This document shows, piece by piece, positions 12,235-36,470 of a stretch of DNA of 64,000 bases. The stretch lies in the NCBI RefSeq assembly GCF_009914755.1, contig NC_060936.1; one strand, written 5' to 3'. Both the position numbers and the translations under genes were made by a program. The notes beneath the pieces are model-generated. The model saw only the letters and a program-made list of their open reading frames with translations, was not told the origin of the DNA and did no database searches. How positions within the stretch are numbered: the first letter of the stretch is position 1; every line of letters begins with the position of its first letter. The stretch is from the human T2T-CHM13v2.0 reference genome, Homo sapiens.

Positions 12235-12790
12235 TATTCATTTGTTTGTACCTTAAACAAATGTTGACTGAACCCCTAAAACATGGCCTTATTCTACACA
12301 CTTGAGATATAAAAATGAATAATCAAAGTCTCTTCTGTCAAGAAGATTACACTCTTGAGGCAGGAGATAGACTAATAAATATGGTCAGCAAAGACAAGGA
12401 AGAGAAGTGGGCCGTGGAGAAGACTTGCGCTTTTATGCTGAATGAGATGGGAAATCAACAGAGGGTTCTGGACAGAAAACTGATGTGATTGCCTCCATAG
12501 TAAGAGGATCACCCTGGCTGCTGTTAGAACAATCAAAGTTACTGTAGTATTCTGAGCCAGAGGCAAGTGGGTTGGATCAAGGTAGTAGCAATGGGGATAA
12601 TGAGAAATATTTAAATTCTATACCTTTCAAAAATGATATGATTTGCTGATGGAGCAAATGCTGGATATGAAAGAAAGAGAGGAACAGCCCCAATGTTTTG
12701 GGCATTAGAAGGGGGCATCCCCAGGGAAGGCTGCAGAGGAACAAGGTTGGGATTGGAGGGGAGTCAAGAGTTTGGGTTTCGAATATGCTT
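12235..12790 (-). mobile_element. L2 fragments
   Basis: ttattcatttg...aacaaatgttgactgaac; aggatcaccctggctgctg; ggtagtagcaatggggat. Confidence 0.65.
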
Positions 12791-13845
12791 CTCATCATCT
12801 GGTATTGCCTTGTATGATAAAAACACTCAATAATGATTCTATTAGCTCCTCAGGGGCCTGAAAATCCAAACACCCTCAGGGTACAGCAAACAGCTAACTT
12901 CACCGTATGACTTAGCCAAGTGTAAAACAACAAAACAATGGTACAGCCTGTGAACTGCAGAGTTCATGCATGACCCACAGGCACTAACATAAAAAGAAAA
13001 GTTGCACTGGTCACTGTTGCCCTTGACCTTGAGTTTGTGAGCCCCCCCCCCCCCGCAAAATAATATCAACATCATTGGCTTTTATCCACATTGTCCTTAA
13101 CACTTACATATTTTCTGCCTTCTACTAAACTGTGTATGCAGCTGAATTTAGTAGAGCAGAAACTGCACACTCTGCCTCATTCATCATTATATTATTTGTA
13201 CAACAAATATTTAGTAAGCCTTTACTCTATGCCAGTCACAGTCCTACAAAAGACGTGACAGCAAATGTATAGTGTCCAACAACATTTAAGATTACACTCT
13301 GACCTCACGTATTCAGAGATGATCCCTCTGAAGCTCAACTATGAAAACAAACAAAACAAAACAAAACACAAAGGCGCCAAAAGGGTCCTGAGTAGGTAAA
13401 ATAGATGTTTGAAGTCTGATGTCCACACACTAAGTTTCTGTGCTGAATTCATAAGACATTTTGCCAGGATGGCCTCTCTTATTTTACATACCATCTTAAT
13501 GAACCTAAACATCTGTTTTTCTAGCCCCAAACAGATAAATCAGAAATAAGCTGGCGGACGACGGGGAAGGAGAAAAGCTCTAATAGAGATGGGCACACTG
13601 AAAAGAGTTAGATGTAATAAGAAATGCTGTCTCCCTGCCAGAGGAAAAAAAATTAGACACACAAATAACACAAGAATTTTTTTTAATGTGGCAGTCTGAG
13701 AAAACTCTATCGTTTCCTGTAAAGGCAAGAAGCCTGTCAGAGCTCAATAAACCTGAGGGTGTTGCTATGTTAAAGCACAGTACAGTCAGGGCTGGTCATC
13801 TAGTAAAGCTTACATTAAACTCATAAACTGCTTAAAAATGAGAGA

Positions 13846-14155
13846 GGTCAGGCACGGTGGCTCATGCCTATAATCCCAGCACTTTAGGAGGCCAAAGTGA
13901 GTGGATCACTTGAGGTCAGGAGTTCGAGACCAGCCTGGCCAACATGGTAAAACCCCATCACTACTAAAAAAAAATACAAAAATTAGCTGGGCATGGTGGC
14001 ATGCACCTGTAATCCTAGTTACTCCAGAGGCTGAGGTGAGAGAATCACTTGAACCCAGGAGGTGGAGATTGCAGTGAGCCAAGATTGCGCCATTGCACTC
14101 CAGCCTGGGTGATAGAGCAAGACTCTGTCTCAAAAAAAAAAAAAAAAAAAAAAAA
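13846..14155 (+). mobile_element. AluS (Sx/Sz-like)
   Basis: Full dimer with A-tail; imperfect TSD aaaaatgagaga / aaaaaggagaga. Confidence 0.95.
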
Positions 14156-16824
14156 GGAGAGAAAGCATGCAATCCACTCAAAAGGCATCCCTGAAAATGC
14201 TGAATGTATGCATTTAAAAGAATTTTGTTCTGGGATTTAGAAAGTCCACCCAAATGAAATGCCTCATTCTCCAATAACATTGGATATCTGCTGCCATCCC
14301 ACACTCTTGCCTGTGTGCCACACCCATGGCCAACAGATGCTAAAAACATACCCCTGGACATGCCTTCCTGCTTAGAGAGAGATGGTGGCAGACCCTCTTA
14401 TATCACCTGCCTCCTTCGTCTCTCCCATCTGCATTCCAGGGTCTAGCCAGCTTTGGATCTGACTGCCATGGCCTGCTCTTTGCTGCCTGTACTCACAGGT
14501 TGGACTTGATGGCAGAATTCAGCTTCCCTGGTTCTGACTTGGGTGCTCATAATTCATCATCCCTTGAGTATGATGTGTGCACATAGGTATTAATCATCCT
14601 TTCCTCCTGGGCCTGTGTGCCTCAGAGCCCAACCTATCTTTGGCATAAACTTGGCTTATACTTGGATTGGACCTCCAGCAATGCTCATTGACTGTTCTTA
14701 TCTTCAACATGTACTGAAAACACCTTTCACATATGAAAAAGACAACCATTGTACTGTCAATAGGGATGCAAGATGAACTGTTCTCAAATATGTGTTCTTT
14801 TCAGAAGTAGTTAACTCACAGAATCATAAATCTTTGAGTTAAAATAATCCTTAAAATTTGCCATCAGTCTTAATCCGAATACTGCCTACAAAGCTATCAA
14901 ACTCTCCTGATTTTCATTGGTTTCCCTTATTTTCAGAAATGCTCATTTATGAAACAGATAACTAGGAAAAGGTACCCATTCCATAACTGTGATATAGAGC
15001 AAAGCTAAAGGATTAATGTAAAGATTAAACCAATGACCTTGGCTGTTAAAGTAGAAAAAAGAGCTCACCAGCCACAGCTAGAGAGCCTGATGGTGTGGAT
15101 TTATATGAACAGCCCACATCACCCATTTTCACTTAGAAAATAAAGTACTACTTCTCAGTTATAGGACTTTTAGGAGTCATTGCCTATAGGAGTCATTGCC
15201 TATCATTTGAGTAGGTAGAGTCACTACTATAAACTGGGCACATTCAAATAGAGTATAAGGTTTTCATAAGTTTTATAAGTTTCTGAAGTTACTATAGTTG
15301 TTGTTCAAGGTAAGGGGATTGCACTATTATTATTTGCATTATTTAGTTGTGTACTCATTAGCTTAGGATTAATTACATTTAACCATATGACCTGGGTTTT
15401 AAAATACCTCCAGGCCACAAAATCACTTCTACAAATAAGTTACTGTTATCCTCCTTCTAAAGGCAAATACAAAAGCAAGTATCCCAGCATTCACAAATTG
15501 CCTTTGCAATGCAAACTTTTTATTATTTTTCATTGCTTTGTGGAAAAACGGAGTCCTGTAGATCAAAAGTGAATAATAGCATTACAATAATCACAATAGA
15601 GCTACCAGTGTTGGGCACACATATATACACTGCACACATTCACACATATACCAGACACATACATGCACACACATATGTCAGAGCAGAGTGTTAATGGGCA
15701 TAGCTCTGGAGCGAGGTCCTTTTCGTTTTCACCTACTCCTCATTTTTTCTTATCAACTGAGGATAAAGTGACCATGATGAACTTTGAGTAATAATATGAC
15801 TATGATTTCACACGACCCTTCAAAACTCCCTCAACCAATAGCTTTCATCCTTGGTTTCATCCTGCCTCATCCTTGGTTTCAACTTGCATTTTTCAGGCCC
15901 CTAAATTATACATAACATCTTCCTACCACAACTCATTAGTACCAGATGGTAAAAATGATCCCTCTTGAGTAATAATAAAGAACAGAACGAGCTCTGAAAG
16001 CCAGGAAATGGGTATTCTGGGTGGAGTTTCACCATTGACACTCCAGCAAATGGGGACATCCCTTAGGCCTATGTTTCTATATCTATGATGTCAGGGTGGT
16101 CACTGAACAATCATGGGTCCTACACCTCACAGCTGGTCTGCTGTCTCTGGGGGGTTCTAGAACCTTCCATGCCTTCTCCAATTGAGCCCCCTGCTCAAGT
16201 GCCTTCAGGTCCTGTGTAGCCTATTAAGCTAGTTCTTTTCAGACTCCCCGGCTTACTACTCATCTTTCTGTCATCATCTAAGTAGAGGACTTCCTTTTTC
16301 CCAAAAGTTTTTCTGACCTGGTGGTTGCCAGAGCCCTGCCTGGCTGGGGTTTGTTGAAACCCATGACTGCTGGGCCTTGGCCTCACCACCACCAAGACAG
16401 GCTGGAGAGACAACCCCAGAGCCTGGGATGGCACCTCTGCCTCCCACTGTGGTGGCCTCCTGCCACCTGGGCTGTACACAGCCCTTGTTCCTCAAGGTCA
16501 CAGACTTGGAGGGGCTTTCAATTTAAAACGAATGATTCAGGCCTCTTCACAAATCGGTTATTTCTTTTGTGGTTTTCTATAAATTCCTCCTCCTTTACTG
16601 AATGGAAAAGTAGCATTATATTTATGTCTTCTTCCCTTTCAAGGAAAAAATAAGGTAGCATGGGGCTGTACTTTTTCATCTGTTTGAAAGTGTATGACAA
16701 ATACTTTGGGTCTCTCTAAACTGTCTAAAACAATGTGTCAGAAAAACAGCTATTCGATTAGCCTTTCACATTTCTAAACAAGCAATATCAAATTCCTTTT
16801 TAAAAAATTTAATGAAGGAGGTTC

Positions 16825-16990
16825 CTGAGATGCTGTGTCTAGACCCAGGTGCTGGTTCCACAGATGTGTTAAGTTTGATAAAATTAACAGACCTGAATAT
16901 TCATGATATCTCTATTTTGTTGTATGTGTGTATATATATATACACACACACACACATATATATACATACATATATATAATCCTTCAATAA
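16825..16990 (+). mobile_element. L1ME 3' fragment ending in a (TA/CA)n microsatellite
   Basis: tctagacccaggtgctggttccacagatgtgttaagtttgataaaatt, followed by a TA/CA tract at 16925-16978. Confidence 0.55.
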
Positions 16991-18427
16991 AGACATCCTT
17001 AAAAGTTAAGTGAACAGACCATGATTTGAAAATGCTGGTTATCAATGATATTTTCCCTTATGCATTATAAATAGTAACTATAACTCTTACTTCCATAAGA
17101 GTAGGGATTGTTATGACTTTTTTTGTGAACTGAATTCAGTATAATTTGACTAATATACCTAGTGATTCTTTAGGCTGAATTTCCTAACAGTACTCAGTAA
17201 AAGCTAAAAGTTTTGTCCTTTCCTGAGAAGGGAATGCACATAGTATTTAAAAGATAGGATACAATGGAGATTGGAAACCTTGTTCTATAATTTTTTAGCA
17301 CGTGTTTCACCTACTACTTCTACATATTTATTTCTGGGCTGGGGAGTTCTAGGCAGTTGATAGAACTTTCAGCAGAATAAACATAAAGATTGCTCCCACC
17401 CAAGCTGAAACCTCAAAAACCAATTCTCAATAAGCTTGACCATCACTTGAGAATACATCAAATAATGTTTTTCCTTGATCAAAAAGATTTATTTTGTGAT
17501 TCTTTTAAAGGAGGCCTTTAAATGCAATAGTGTAAGGAAATGTTTGATGCACTCTTGCACTGTTTTTATAGAATAGTAGTAAATCAGCAAGTCAGACAAA
17601 GAACATTCTACAATAAAAAAGGATCTATTCCACAGAAACTAGTTCTGCACCCAGAAAACACCATCATGCTACCTTTTTCTCCCAACTCTCTGAGCTGATA
17701 CCACAAAGGTAATTGTACACGCTAACAAGAGGGTTAGGTCAAATCTGGCAGCGTATTCTAGCCCTTTCAAGGGCCAGATTCTTTCTCTGTAACTATTGTT
17801 TATAACTCACAATAACTTATTGTTCATCTTCTTATTCAGTGATGAGGATGAGCCTCTGAAAGGCATCCATGGAGGGAGGTTTGTTCTTTTTTTCTTTCAG
17901 TTCTTTTTTCTTTTTTTAGTGAAATAGCTTTGAAAAACTCTAAGCGCAGACATTGTTAAAGGGAACTGTTCCAACTTTCATGATGACTTTTTTCCCCAAA
18001 GTACTGTGCTCAATCGTTAATCAGTTCTTCTCATGGGTCATTTTATGTCACAAGAGAAATGTTAGCATGCCCTGAATGTCCTTCAGGTGCTGGGGGATAA
18101 AACAATCCTAGAGAAAAGTGCTGGAAGGGATCACGCTTTGTAAACTCGAATCAGTGAAAATATTTTGGGAGAGAGATCCTCACATGTCACACACAGTTAA
18201 TTCACCTAAATTTTCCAGGTTCCTTCTGAACGTGTGGATGCTTTCTCTCATCTGGTATCACCACAGGACACATTATCCATAAATTAACTAAATGTGCATA
18301 TGTTTATTCCACAACACATGTGGTAATAACTACATTTTATTGCACATATTCATGAACATGAATTAAATTAACTTTGGGGAAAACATCTTTCTTGTAGCCA
18401 ATCCTTTTCTTTAAAAGGCAAAGGATG

Positions 18428-18806
<379 letters not shown>

Positions 18807-19067
18807 TCAGGTAGTTAGTTTTGATAAAAACCAATCTGTGCCTCCATAATTCACCATTTTTATATTTATGTTTCGGAATAGAATTCATAAATAATATGGA
18901 TTTTATTTATTTTTTGGATCAGTCAACTATATCCCAAAACAGGAGTTCAGAGGCCTAATTCTAGCTCTATCTCACACTAGCTAAATGATTTTCAGTATGT
19001 TTGTAACAAATCTGAGCTATGATTTTTTTCATCTAAAAAGACTAAATCACCTTCCAAACATCAGAAT

Positions 19068-19535
19068 TGTAGATTCTAATAATCACTTCCCCCAAGATGT
19101 TTACATACTAATTCCTGGAACCTGAGAATGGTACCTTATATGGCAAGGGGAACTCTGCAGATGTGGTCAAGTTAAAAATCTTAAAATTGGTGACTCTCCT
19201 GAATTACCCTGGTGGGCCTGACATAATCATAGGAGTCCTCATGAGAGGGACATAAGAGTCAGAGTCAGAGAGAAGGCCATGCGACAATGAAGCAAACATT
19301 TGAGTTATGTGGCTACAAGCTAAGGTATGCCAGCAGCCTCTAGAAGCTAAAAGAGGCAAGGGATGAATTCCCCTCGTATCACCAGAAGGAACCAGCCCTG
19401 CCAACACCTTGACTTTAGCCTAGTGAAACTGATTCTGGGCTTCTGGACTCCAGAACTGTGGGAGAATAAACCTGTATTGTTTTAAGCCATCAAGTTTTTG
19501 GTAATTTGTTAAAGCAGCCATAGGAGGCTAATTCA
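19068..19535 (+). mobile_element. ERVL-MaLR solo LTR (MLT1C/D-like)
   Basis: ctaattcctggaacctg...ccttatatggcaagggg; AATAAA at ~19466; ends gtaatttgttaaagcagccataggaggctaattca. Confidence 0.85.
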
Positions 19536-19549
19536 TCATGTTAAGGAGA

Positions 19550-20891
19550 AGCACTTCCCAAAGGTGGTATGAGAAGCTCTGTGGACACTCTTCCCAGCAA
19601 AACAACTATAAATAATGAAAATTGTAAAAACAACAACCATTTAAAGTGTCTGGAAGGTATCCTAACAACATACTGAAGATGTAGAAATGTTTATTAAAGA
19701 AAATTAACTAAATCTTATTAGGAAAAGCGACTCTCTGGGATTCGAGCCATAACTTGCTCTCCACCTCCAAGTTCAGTGTGATGGAGGTTCTACTGGGTAT
19801 GGCCAAGAACATGAGTTCATTTTTCTTCTAAACGATAGTAGAGTTACGGTTTCTCACAGAGTGGCCCAGGTCACCAATATTTCTTACTTTCTCCTATCTC
19901 CTTACTGCAGAAACTCTACTTTAGATAAGTGCAAACAAGAGGTCTGGGGCTTCTGTTCTTCACCAAGCCCCTAACTCGTAAAGTGGAAGTTTTACCTCAG
20001 GCTTGATAAGTCAAGACTACTGAGTCCTAATCAGCCCGAATCCAAATTGCTTTTAGGATGAAAAGTTTCATACCAAGAGAAACAATCCAAGAGGACCAGT
20101 GGCTACCACCCTCACTAAGTGCCCTATTCATAGACTCTGGTGTTAATCCAAGGGAGTTCCAAATCAATAATGCAGAGGTCATGCCTCTGGGGATTAGGCA
20201 GACTGTAAAAACAAAGAGCTCTGTATCTCTCTCTAAGGGGATTGATTTTATTTGGAACGGAGTGTGAGGAATTTCAAGCCTAAGTGCACTATTGAAAATA
20301 ATGGAAATTTTGATAGTGAGCAATTAAGTTTATTGCTATCATGGCTATTAATTCCATGATAGCAGTAAACAAAATGGCAGACCAGGTAGAAGCTTAACAG
20401 AGAGAAAGAAAAATATATATAGAGAGAGAGACAGTTGAAAAGAGTCCTCATGGAGTTGGAGTAAGCCACAAAACTCACCCCAAAGAGATCTGACTTTAAT
20501 TAGATCAGACTGTGAACTAATTTGTGACCCAGGACATAGTCATAAACAATAAAGTAATTAGCAAGCAATTCGTGGATGCTAACCAATGGAAGCTGACCAA
20601 CTAGATCCTTAATAGGGATATCAGGGAAATAAGCAGTAAAAAAGATCCTGGCTAAAACCATTGCCACTTTTGGGGGGAGGAGAAAATGAGGAGTGGTTAG
20701 GGTGCCTGCACATGCTCAAGATTATGGAGCATCCAACGCTATATGCTCTGGAGGAAAGAAACTTAACCCAACCAGCTAATCAAACAAATAAAAAAACAAA
20801 TAATCAAACAATTACACAACAATAATAATAAGCCCTGGGAGAGGATCAGTATCTGGAGTTGCTATAATAAATTATCTAAAATGTTCCATTT
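19550..20891 (+). mobile_element. 5' region of an ancient L1M element (left part, interrupted by L1PB1)
   Basis: aaacaacaaccatttaaagtgtctggaa...gaaatgtttattaaagaaaat resembles L1M4/L1MC-type 5' ends; reads continuously into 27771 once the L1PB1 and one TSD copy are removed. Confidence 0.65.
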
Positions 20892-22289
20892 TTGAGGATC
20901 ATGGTGGACGGGAGGCAGGACTAGATTGCAGCTCTGACTCGGACAGACAGAGCAGCATGTGGAGGTTCGCATTGTGAATTTTAGCTCCAGGTCAACTGCA
21001 AGAACAAATCAGCAGTCCCGAGAAGACGCACAGACCCTCTAAAGGAAGTGGAATGCTCCTGCAGGACCCAGGAGACACCCCAAATACTGAGTGTCCCAAA
21101 TGCAAAAGTGGGAAAGAGAGCCTCCTCTCCCAAACACACACCCCCGCTGGAGAAACTGAAGGTCTGTTTGCAGGAGACGTTTCCAACCTTACCTGGAGCT
21201 GAGTCAATTTAGAGAGCTGAGTGAAATACAGGGGTAGAGGAAGCAGCAGAAAGGCCCCTTGAGCTTGCTGGGTCCTCAAGCAGCCCATTCCTGCCTGGCA
21301 CCACAGGGATCCATTGGGAGGGCGACCGGAGGAGCAGGAGGAGGAGGCAGAAAACTTCACAGGGAGAAGGAAATCTCCAGCTGAACTTTGTAACAATTTG
21401 AATGGGGCGAGAAGCCTCGTGGCTAGAACTCAGGGGAGGGCACAAATCCATTGAGTAGACATCACAGGCAGAGGAAGAAACAAGCTCTTATCTTTCGCAG
21501 CTGGGAGGCGGGTAGCCTGTCTCGCCCACCGGCCAGAAACAGACTCAGGGCTCTTAGTCGGGGCAGAGTGGGAGTGAGACCAGCCCTTCAGTTTGAGTGG
21601 GAGCTGGGTGAGGCCTGTGACTGCCGGCTTTCTCCCACTTCCCTCACAACCTGCATGACTTAACAGAGGCAGCCATAATCCGCCTAGGAACATAACTCCA
21701 TTGGCCTGGGGACCTCACCCCCATCCCCCACAGCAAGACCCACCCAAGGAGACTCTGAGCTCAGACATGCCTAGCCCCACCCCTACCTGATGGTCTTTCC
21801 CTACCCACCCTGGTAGCAGAAGACCAAGGGCATATAATCTTGGGAGTTCTAGGGCCCTGCCCACTGCTGGTTCTTCTGCACGCTACCACAGCTGATGCTC
21901 TCTGGAAAGCGCCACCTCTTGGCAGGAGGCCAACCAGCACAAAAATAGAGCATTAAACCACCAAAGCTAAGAACCCTCACGGAGTCCATTGCACCCGCCC
22001 CTTGCCACCTCTACCAGAACAAGCACTGGTATCCACAGCTGAGAGACCCATAGACAGTTCACATCACAGGACTCTGTGCAGACAACCCCCAGTATCAGCC
22101 CAGAGCCAGGTAGACTTGAGGGGTAGCTAGACCCAGAAGAGAGACAACAATCACTGCAGTTCGGCTCACAGGAAGCCAAATCCATAAGAACAGGGGAAGA
22201 GTACTACATCAAGGGAACACCCCGTGGGACAAAAGAATCTGAACAACAGCCTTCAGCCCTAGACCTTCCCTCTGACAGAGCCTACCCAA

Positions 22290-23303
22290 ATGAGAAAGAA
22301 CCAGAAAACCAACCATGGTAATATGACAAAACAAGGCCCTTTGACACCCCCCAAAAATCACACTAGTTCATCAGCAATGCATCCAAACCAAAAATAAATC
22401 CCTGATTTACCTGAAAAAGAATTCAAGAGGTTAGTTATTAAGCTAATCAGGGAGGGACCAGAGAAAGGTGAAGCCCAATCTAAGGAAACCCCAAAAAAGA
22501 TACAAAAAGTGAAGGGTGAAATATTCAAGGAAATAGAGAGCTTAAAGAAAAAACAATAAAAAATTCAGGAAACATTGGACACACTTATAGAAATGTAAAA
22601 TGCTCTGCAAAGCCTCAGCAATAGAATTGAACAAGTAAAAGAAAGAAATTCAGAGCTCGAAGACAAGGTCTTCAAATTAACCCAATCAAACAAAGACAAA
22701 GAAAAAAGAATAAGAAAATATGAACAAAGCCTCCAAGAAGTCTGGGATTATGGTAAATGACCAAACCTAAGAATAATTGGTATTCCTGAGGAAGAAGAGA
22801 ATTCCAAAAGCTTGGAAAACATATTTGGGGGAATAATCAAGGAAAACTTCCCTGGCCTTGCTAGTGTATCCAAATACAAGAAGCACAAAGAACACCTGGG
22901 AAAATTCATTGCAAAAAGCTCTCTGCCTGGACACACTGTCATCAGGTTATCCAGAGTTAAGACGAAGGAATCAATCTTAAGAGCTGTGAAACAGAAGCAC
23001 CAGGTAACCTATAAAGGAAAATTGATCAGATTAACAGCAGATTTCTCAGCAGAAACCCTACAAGCTAGAAGGGATTGAGGCCATATCTTCAGCCTACTCA
23101 AACAAAGCAATTAACAGTCAAGGATTTTGTATCCAGTGAAACTAAGCATCAAATATGAAGGAAAGATACAGTCTTTTTTGGACAAACAAATGCTGAGAGA
23201 ATTCACCACTACCAAGCTACCACTACAAGGACTGCTAATAGGAGCTCTAAATCTTCAAATGAATCCTGGAAACACATCAAAACAGAATCTCTTTAAAGCA
23301 TAA
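22290..23303 (+). pseudogene. L1PB ORF1p remnant (stops and frameshifts)
   Basis: ATG at 22290; track ORF 22812..23078 (ENFPGLA...YKGKLIRLTADFSAETLQARRD) is the ORF1p RRM/CTD region. Confidence 0.9.
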
Positions 23304-23392
23304 GTCACACAGGACCCATAAAACAAAAATACAAGTTAAAAAGCAAAAACAAAAAATAAAAAACCTAAAGTACAAGGGCAACAAATAGCAAA

Positions 23393-27384
<3,992 letters not shown>

Positions 27385-27770
27385 TGGAATACTACTAAGC
27401 CATAAAAAGGAAGGAATTAACAGCATTTGCAGCAATCTTCACTTAGAATAATTGGAGATTATTATTCTGGTGAAGTAACTCAGGAATAGAAAACCAAAAG
27501 TCATATGTTCTCACTGATATGTGGGAGCTAAGCTATGAGGACACAAAGGCATAAGAATGATACAATGGACTTTGGGGACTTGGGGGGAAGAATGGGAGGG
27601 GGGTGAGGGATAAAAGACTGCAGATATGGTGCAGTGTATACTGCTTAGGTGATGGGTGCACCAAAATCTCACAAATCACCACTAAAAAACTTGCTCATGT
27701 AACCAAATACTACCTGTACCTCAATAACTAATGTAAATAAATAAATTAATTAAAATAAAATGTTCCATTT

Positions 27771-31180
<3,410 letters not shown>

Positions 31181-31259
31181 AATAATGTTATTTAAAAATT
31201 TATTAGTTATCCATGACATTACAATTGTAATAAAATATCAGCTTATTGAAGAAAAGAGG

Positions 31260-31564
31260 TTTTTTGTTTTTTTTTTGAGACGGAGTCTCGCTCTGTCGCC
31301 CAGGCCCTGGAGTATAGTGGCGCAAACTCAGCTCACTACGAGCTCCACCTCCCGGGTTCATGCCATTCTCCTGCCTAAGCCTCCCGAGTAGCTGGGACTA
31401 CAGGTGCCCACCACCATGCCTGGCTAACTTTTTTTTTGTATTTTTTAGCAGAGACGGGGTTTCACTGTGTTAGCCAGGATGGTCTCGATCTCCTGACCTC
31501 GTGATCCACCTGCCTCGGCCTCCCAAAGTGTTGGGATTACAGGCGTAAGCCACCGTGCCCAGCC
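31260..31564 (-). mobile_element. AluY-type SINE
   Basis: gggttcatgccattctcc, gttagccaggatggtctcgatctcctgacctcgtg; imperfect TSD agaaaagaggtttt / agaaaagtgtttt. Confidence 0.92.
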
Positions 31565-32789
31565 AGAAAAGTGTTTTTAATTTGAAGTATATTTAGTTTT
31601 CTTTTCTGTTCATTTACTCATACTACAAACATTTACAGGACATCAAAAAGTGCTTGGTACTAGCAATACTCAGATGAAAAATAATTTCTGCAACTAATAC
31701 TGTGTTTGGCATGTAGTATGTACTCAACCAGTATGTTTTGGATGGATGGATGGATGACTATAGAATAGATCTGATAAGTGCAAGAAGGTAATAGTATTCT
31801 GTTTTTATTAATGTTCATAAGGCTGTACTAATGTAGCAAAATTTGAATTTTACCAAGACTAGGTAATATTGATGTCTTGATTTCCTTTCCTTTATAAGGT
31901 GCATGTATAAACCAGCAGTTTGGCTGAAAAAAATGAACAGCAATAAGAAAATTATTGGCTGATACAGTAAGCTACATGCCATGGAAAGGTTCTGAGGTTT
32001 ATTGTCAGGAAAAAAATAATGGATTCAAATATTGTCTGTGGCACTTACTATCAATGTGACCTGAGGTAAGTATTTAAGCCTTTGTTCAGTTAAAGGGGAA
32101 TAACATAACATCTTTCCTACTTGGTAAGATTATTAATAATGTGTATTTAGAAACCAGCATAATGGTCAATAAATGGAAGTTATGATTATTAAGCTTAACT
32201 TCAAATAGATATACTTTTTATAAAAGTAATATAATAACTGCTTGTACTATTATTTATCCACAAGGGTAAACATTTAAAGTGTATATTTCATATGTCACAT
32301 CAAACTTTGTAGTAAATAATAAAAGAAACATTATGAAACTCTGCGGTTCCACAGAATATAATATAAGAGATGCACAATTTGGAAATTAAACAACTGCTGA
32401 AAACCTGGTCTTACCCATTTAGGCTTCTCTGCTTTCCCATCCTAATTTTTTTTTACTCTTGAATAATAAATATATCATTATTATTTGTACTATTACTTAC
32501 AACCATAGTAGGACTTTTCACTTTTTAAAAAGTAGCTTGAAATTATTTATACTAAACCAAATTTGCGAATTTCAGTCAGAAATTCTAAAACTCAATTCAG
32601 CAACCCAAGAGTTTTCCTTACTGTACAGTCTCCTCATTAACCCAACCATACTCCATCCAAATCTTTAAAAAACATTTCCCCAAAGTTAGTGGAATGAATT
32701 TTATGATTTAGATGCCATTTACAAAATAATATATGTTAAAGGGTCCAGGTAAGGAACTATATTTTTGTTTCGGGCCTTGAGAGAAGGAA

Positions 32790-33172
32790 GCTTATGAACT
32801 GAATGTTTGTGATCCTTCCCCCAAAATTCATCTGTTGAAGCTCTAATCACCACTGTGAGGGTATCTGAAGGTGGAACCTTCGGAGGGTAATTAGGTTTAA
32901 ATAAGGTCATGAGGGTTGAGCCCCCATAATGTGATTAAATATATCTTTATAAGGGGGTGAGAAAACTGGGGCTCTCTCTCTGTTGTGTGAGGATCTCATG
33001 AGAAGACAGACAGCCATCTATGAACCAGAAGGAGGGCCCTCACTAAGAACCCAACCATGCTGCACTCCGATCTTGGACTTCCCAGCTTCCAGAACTGTAA
33101 GAAAGAAATGTTTGTCGTTTAATCCTTCTGGCCTGTGATGTTCTATTAAAGTAATCCAAATGGACTACAACA
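32790..33172 (+). mobile_element. ERVL-MaLR solo LTR (MLT1A-like)
   Basis: tatgaactgaatgtttgtg...ccccaaaattcatctgttgaag start; ttggacttcccagcttccagaactgtaagaaa near the 3' end. Confidence 0.85.
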
Positions 33173-33569
33173 CTCCATCTCTCTTTGGTCATCTCTGCTT
33201 TAGTACTGAAGGTGCCAAAAATTAACATTAGCTTTATTCTCCAAATATAACTTTCTTCCTTTCAAAAAATATTTAAACTTGTTCAATCTTTTAAAATCTT
33301 TTAATCTCTTTTAATCTTCTTTCTCCTCATCTCAGAAAAGAAAAGCATGGAGAGCCTGTTTCTTAAGGACATTATTTGAGTCAGAGCTACCTTAGCTGAT
33401 GCTCAGTGGATTAACTTCACTCTGGTGCCACAGCCCCAACCTGAGCTCAGTACAGCCAATTGGAATTTTATATATGTCCCACAAGTCAGATTTCTCAGGA
33501 CTGTATTTTCAAATCTTCTATTTAGTCATGCCACGTCTATGATATATTTTCGATATTAGAGGTCAGTAT

Positions 33570-36020
<2,451 letters not shown>

Positions 36021-36269
36021 TGACCATTAGACATATTTCCACTTTGAAAGGTTAGGTTGCTCATACATTATTACTGGATGTTCACTGCAGCCTTTAAAAA
36101 AAGATCAAAGTAACTGCTGAGCCCAGCTCGCTAACATAGAGTAGAATTATGTGTGGCTAAGAAGCAGCCATGTGATTAGGGAATTGATAATGTGCTAATT
36201 CAGTGATACCATGGTAAAATGGGCCACATAACATTAGATCTGAGCGATACAGCAACATCACAGCACAAG

Positions 36270-36470
36270 GAAAAGAGCTGGGGCCTGCTTCAAACCCAGC
36301 CGTGACATGTAGCAGCTGTATGTGTTTCAGACTTTCTGAACCCTTCTGCATTTCAGTTTGTCCTTTTAAACTGGGATATGGCTACCTCCTTCACAGGGTT
36401 GTTATGCACATGAAGAAGGATAATGTATGTAAAGTAACTGTAAATAGCAGGTTCTCAGTAAATATTAATC
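36270..36470 (+). mobile_element. MIR SINE
   Basis: ttcaaacccagc...tttcagtttgtccttttaaactggga...tcacagggttgttatg. Confidence 0.65.

Noticed and set aside
13906-14361. 151-aa ORF and similar Alu-overlapping ORFs (e.g. 18488, 45568)
   Set aside because: Antisense Alu translation ([17 protein letters not shown]...), a standard artefact.
16195-16653. Overlapping 75-110-aa ORFs in a GC-richer patch
   Set aside because: No recognisable protein family; ORFs on both strands indicate low stop density rather than coding.
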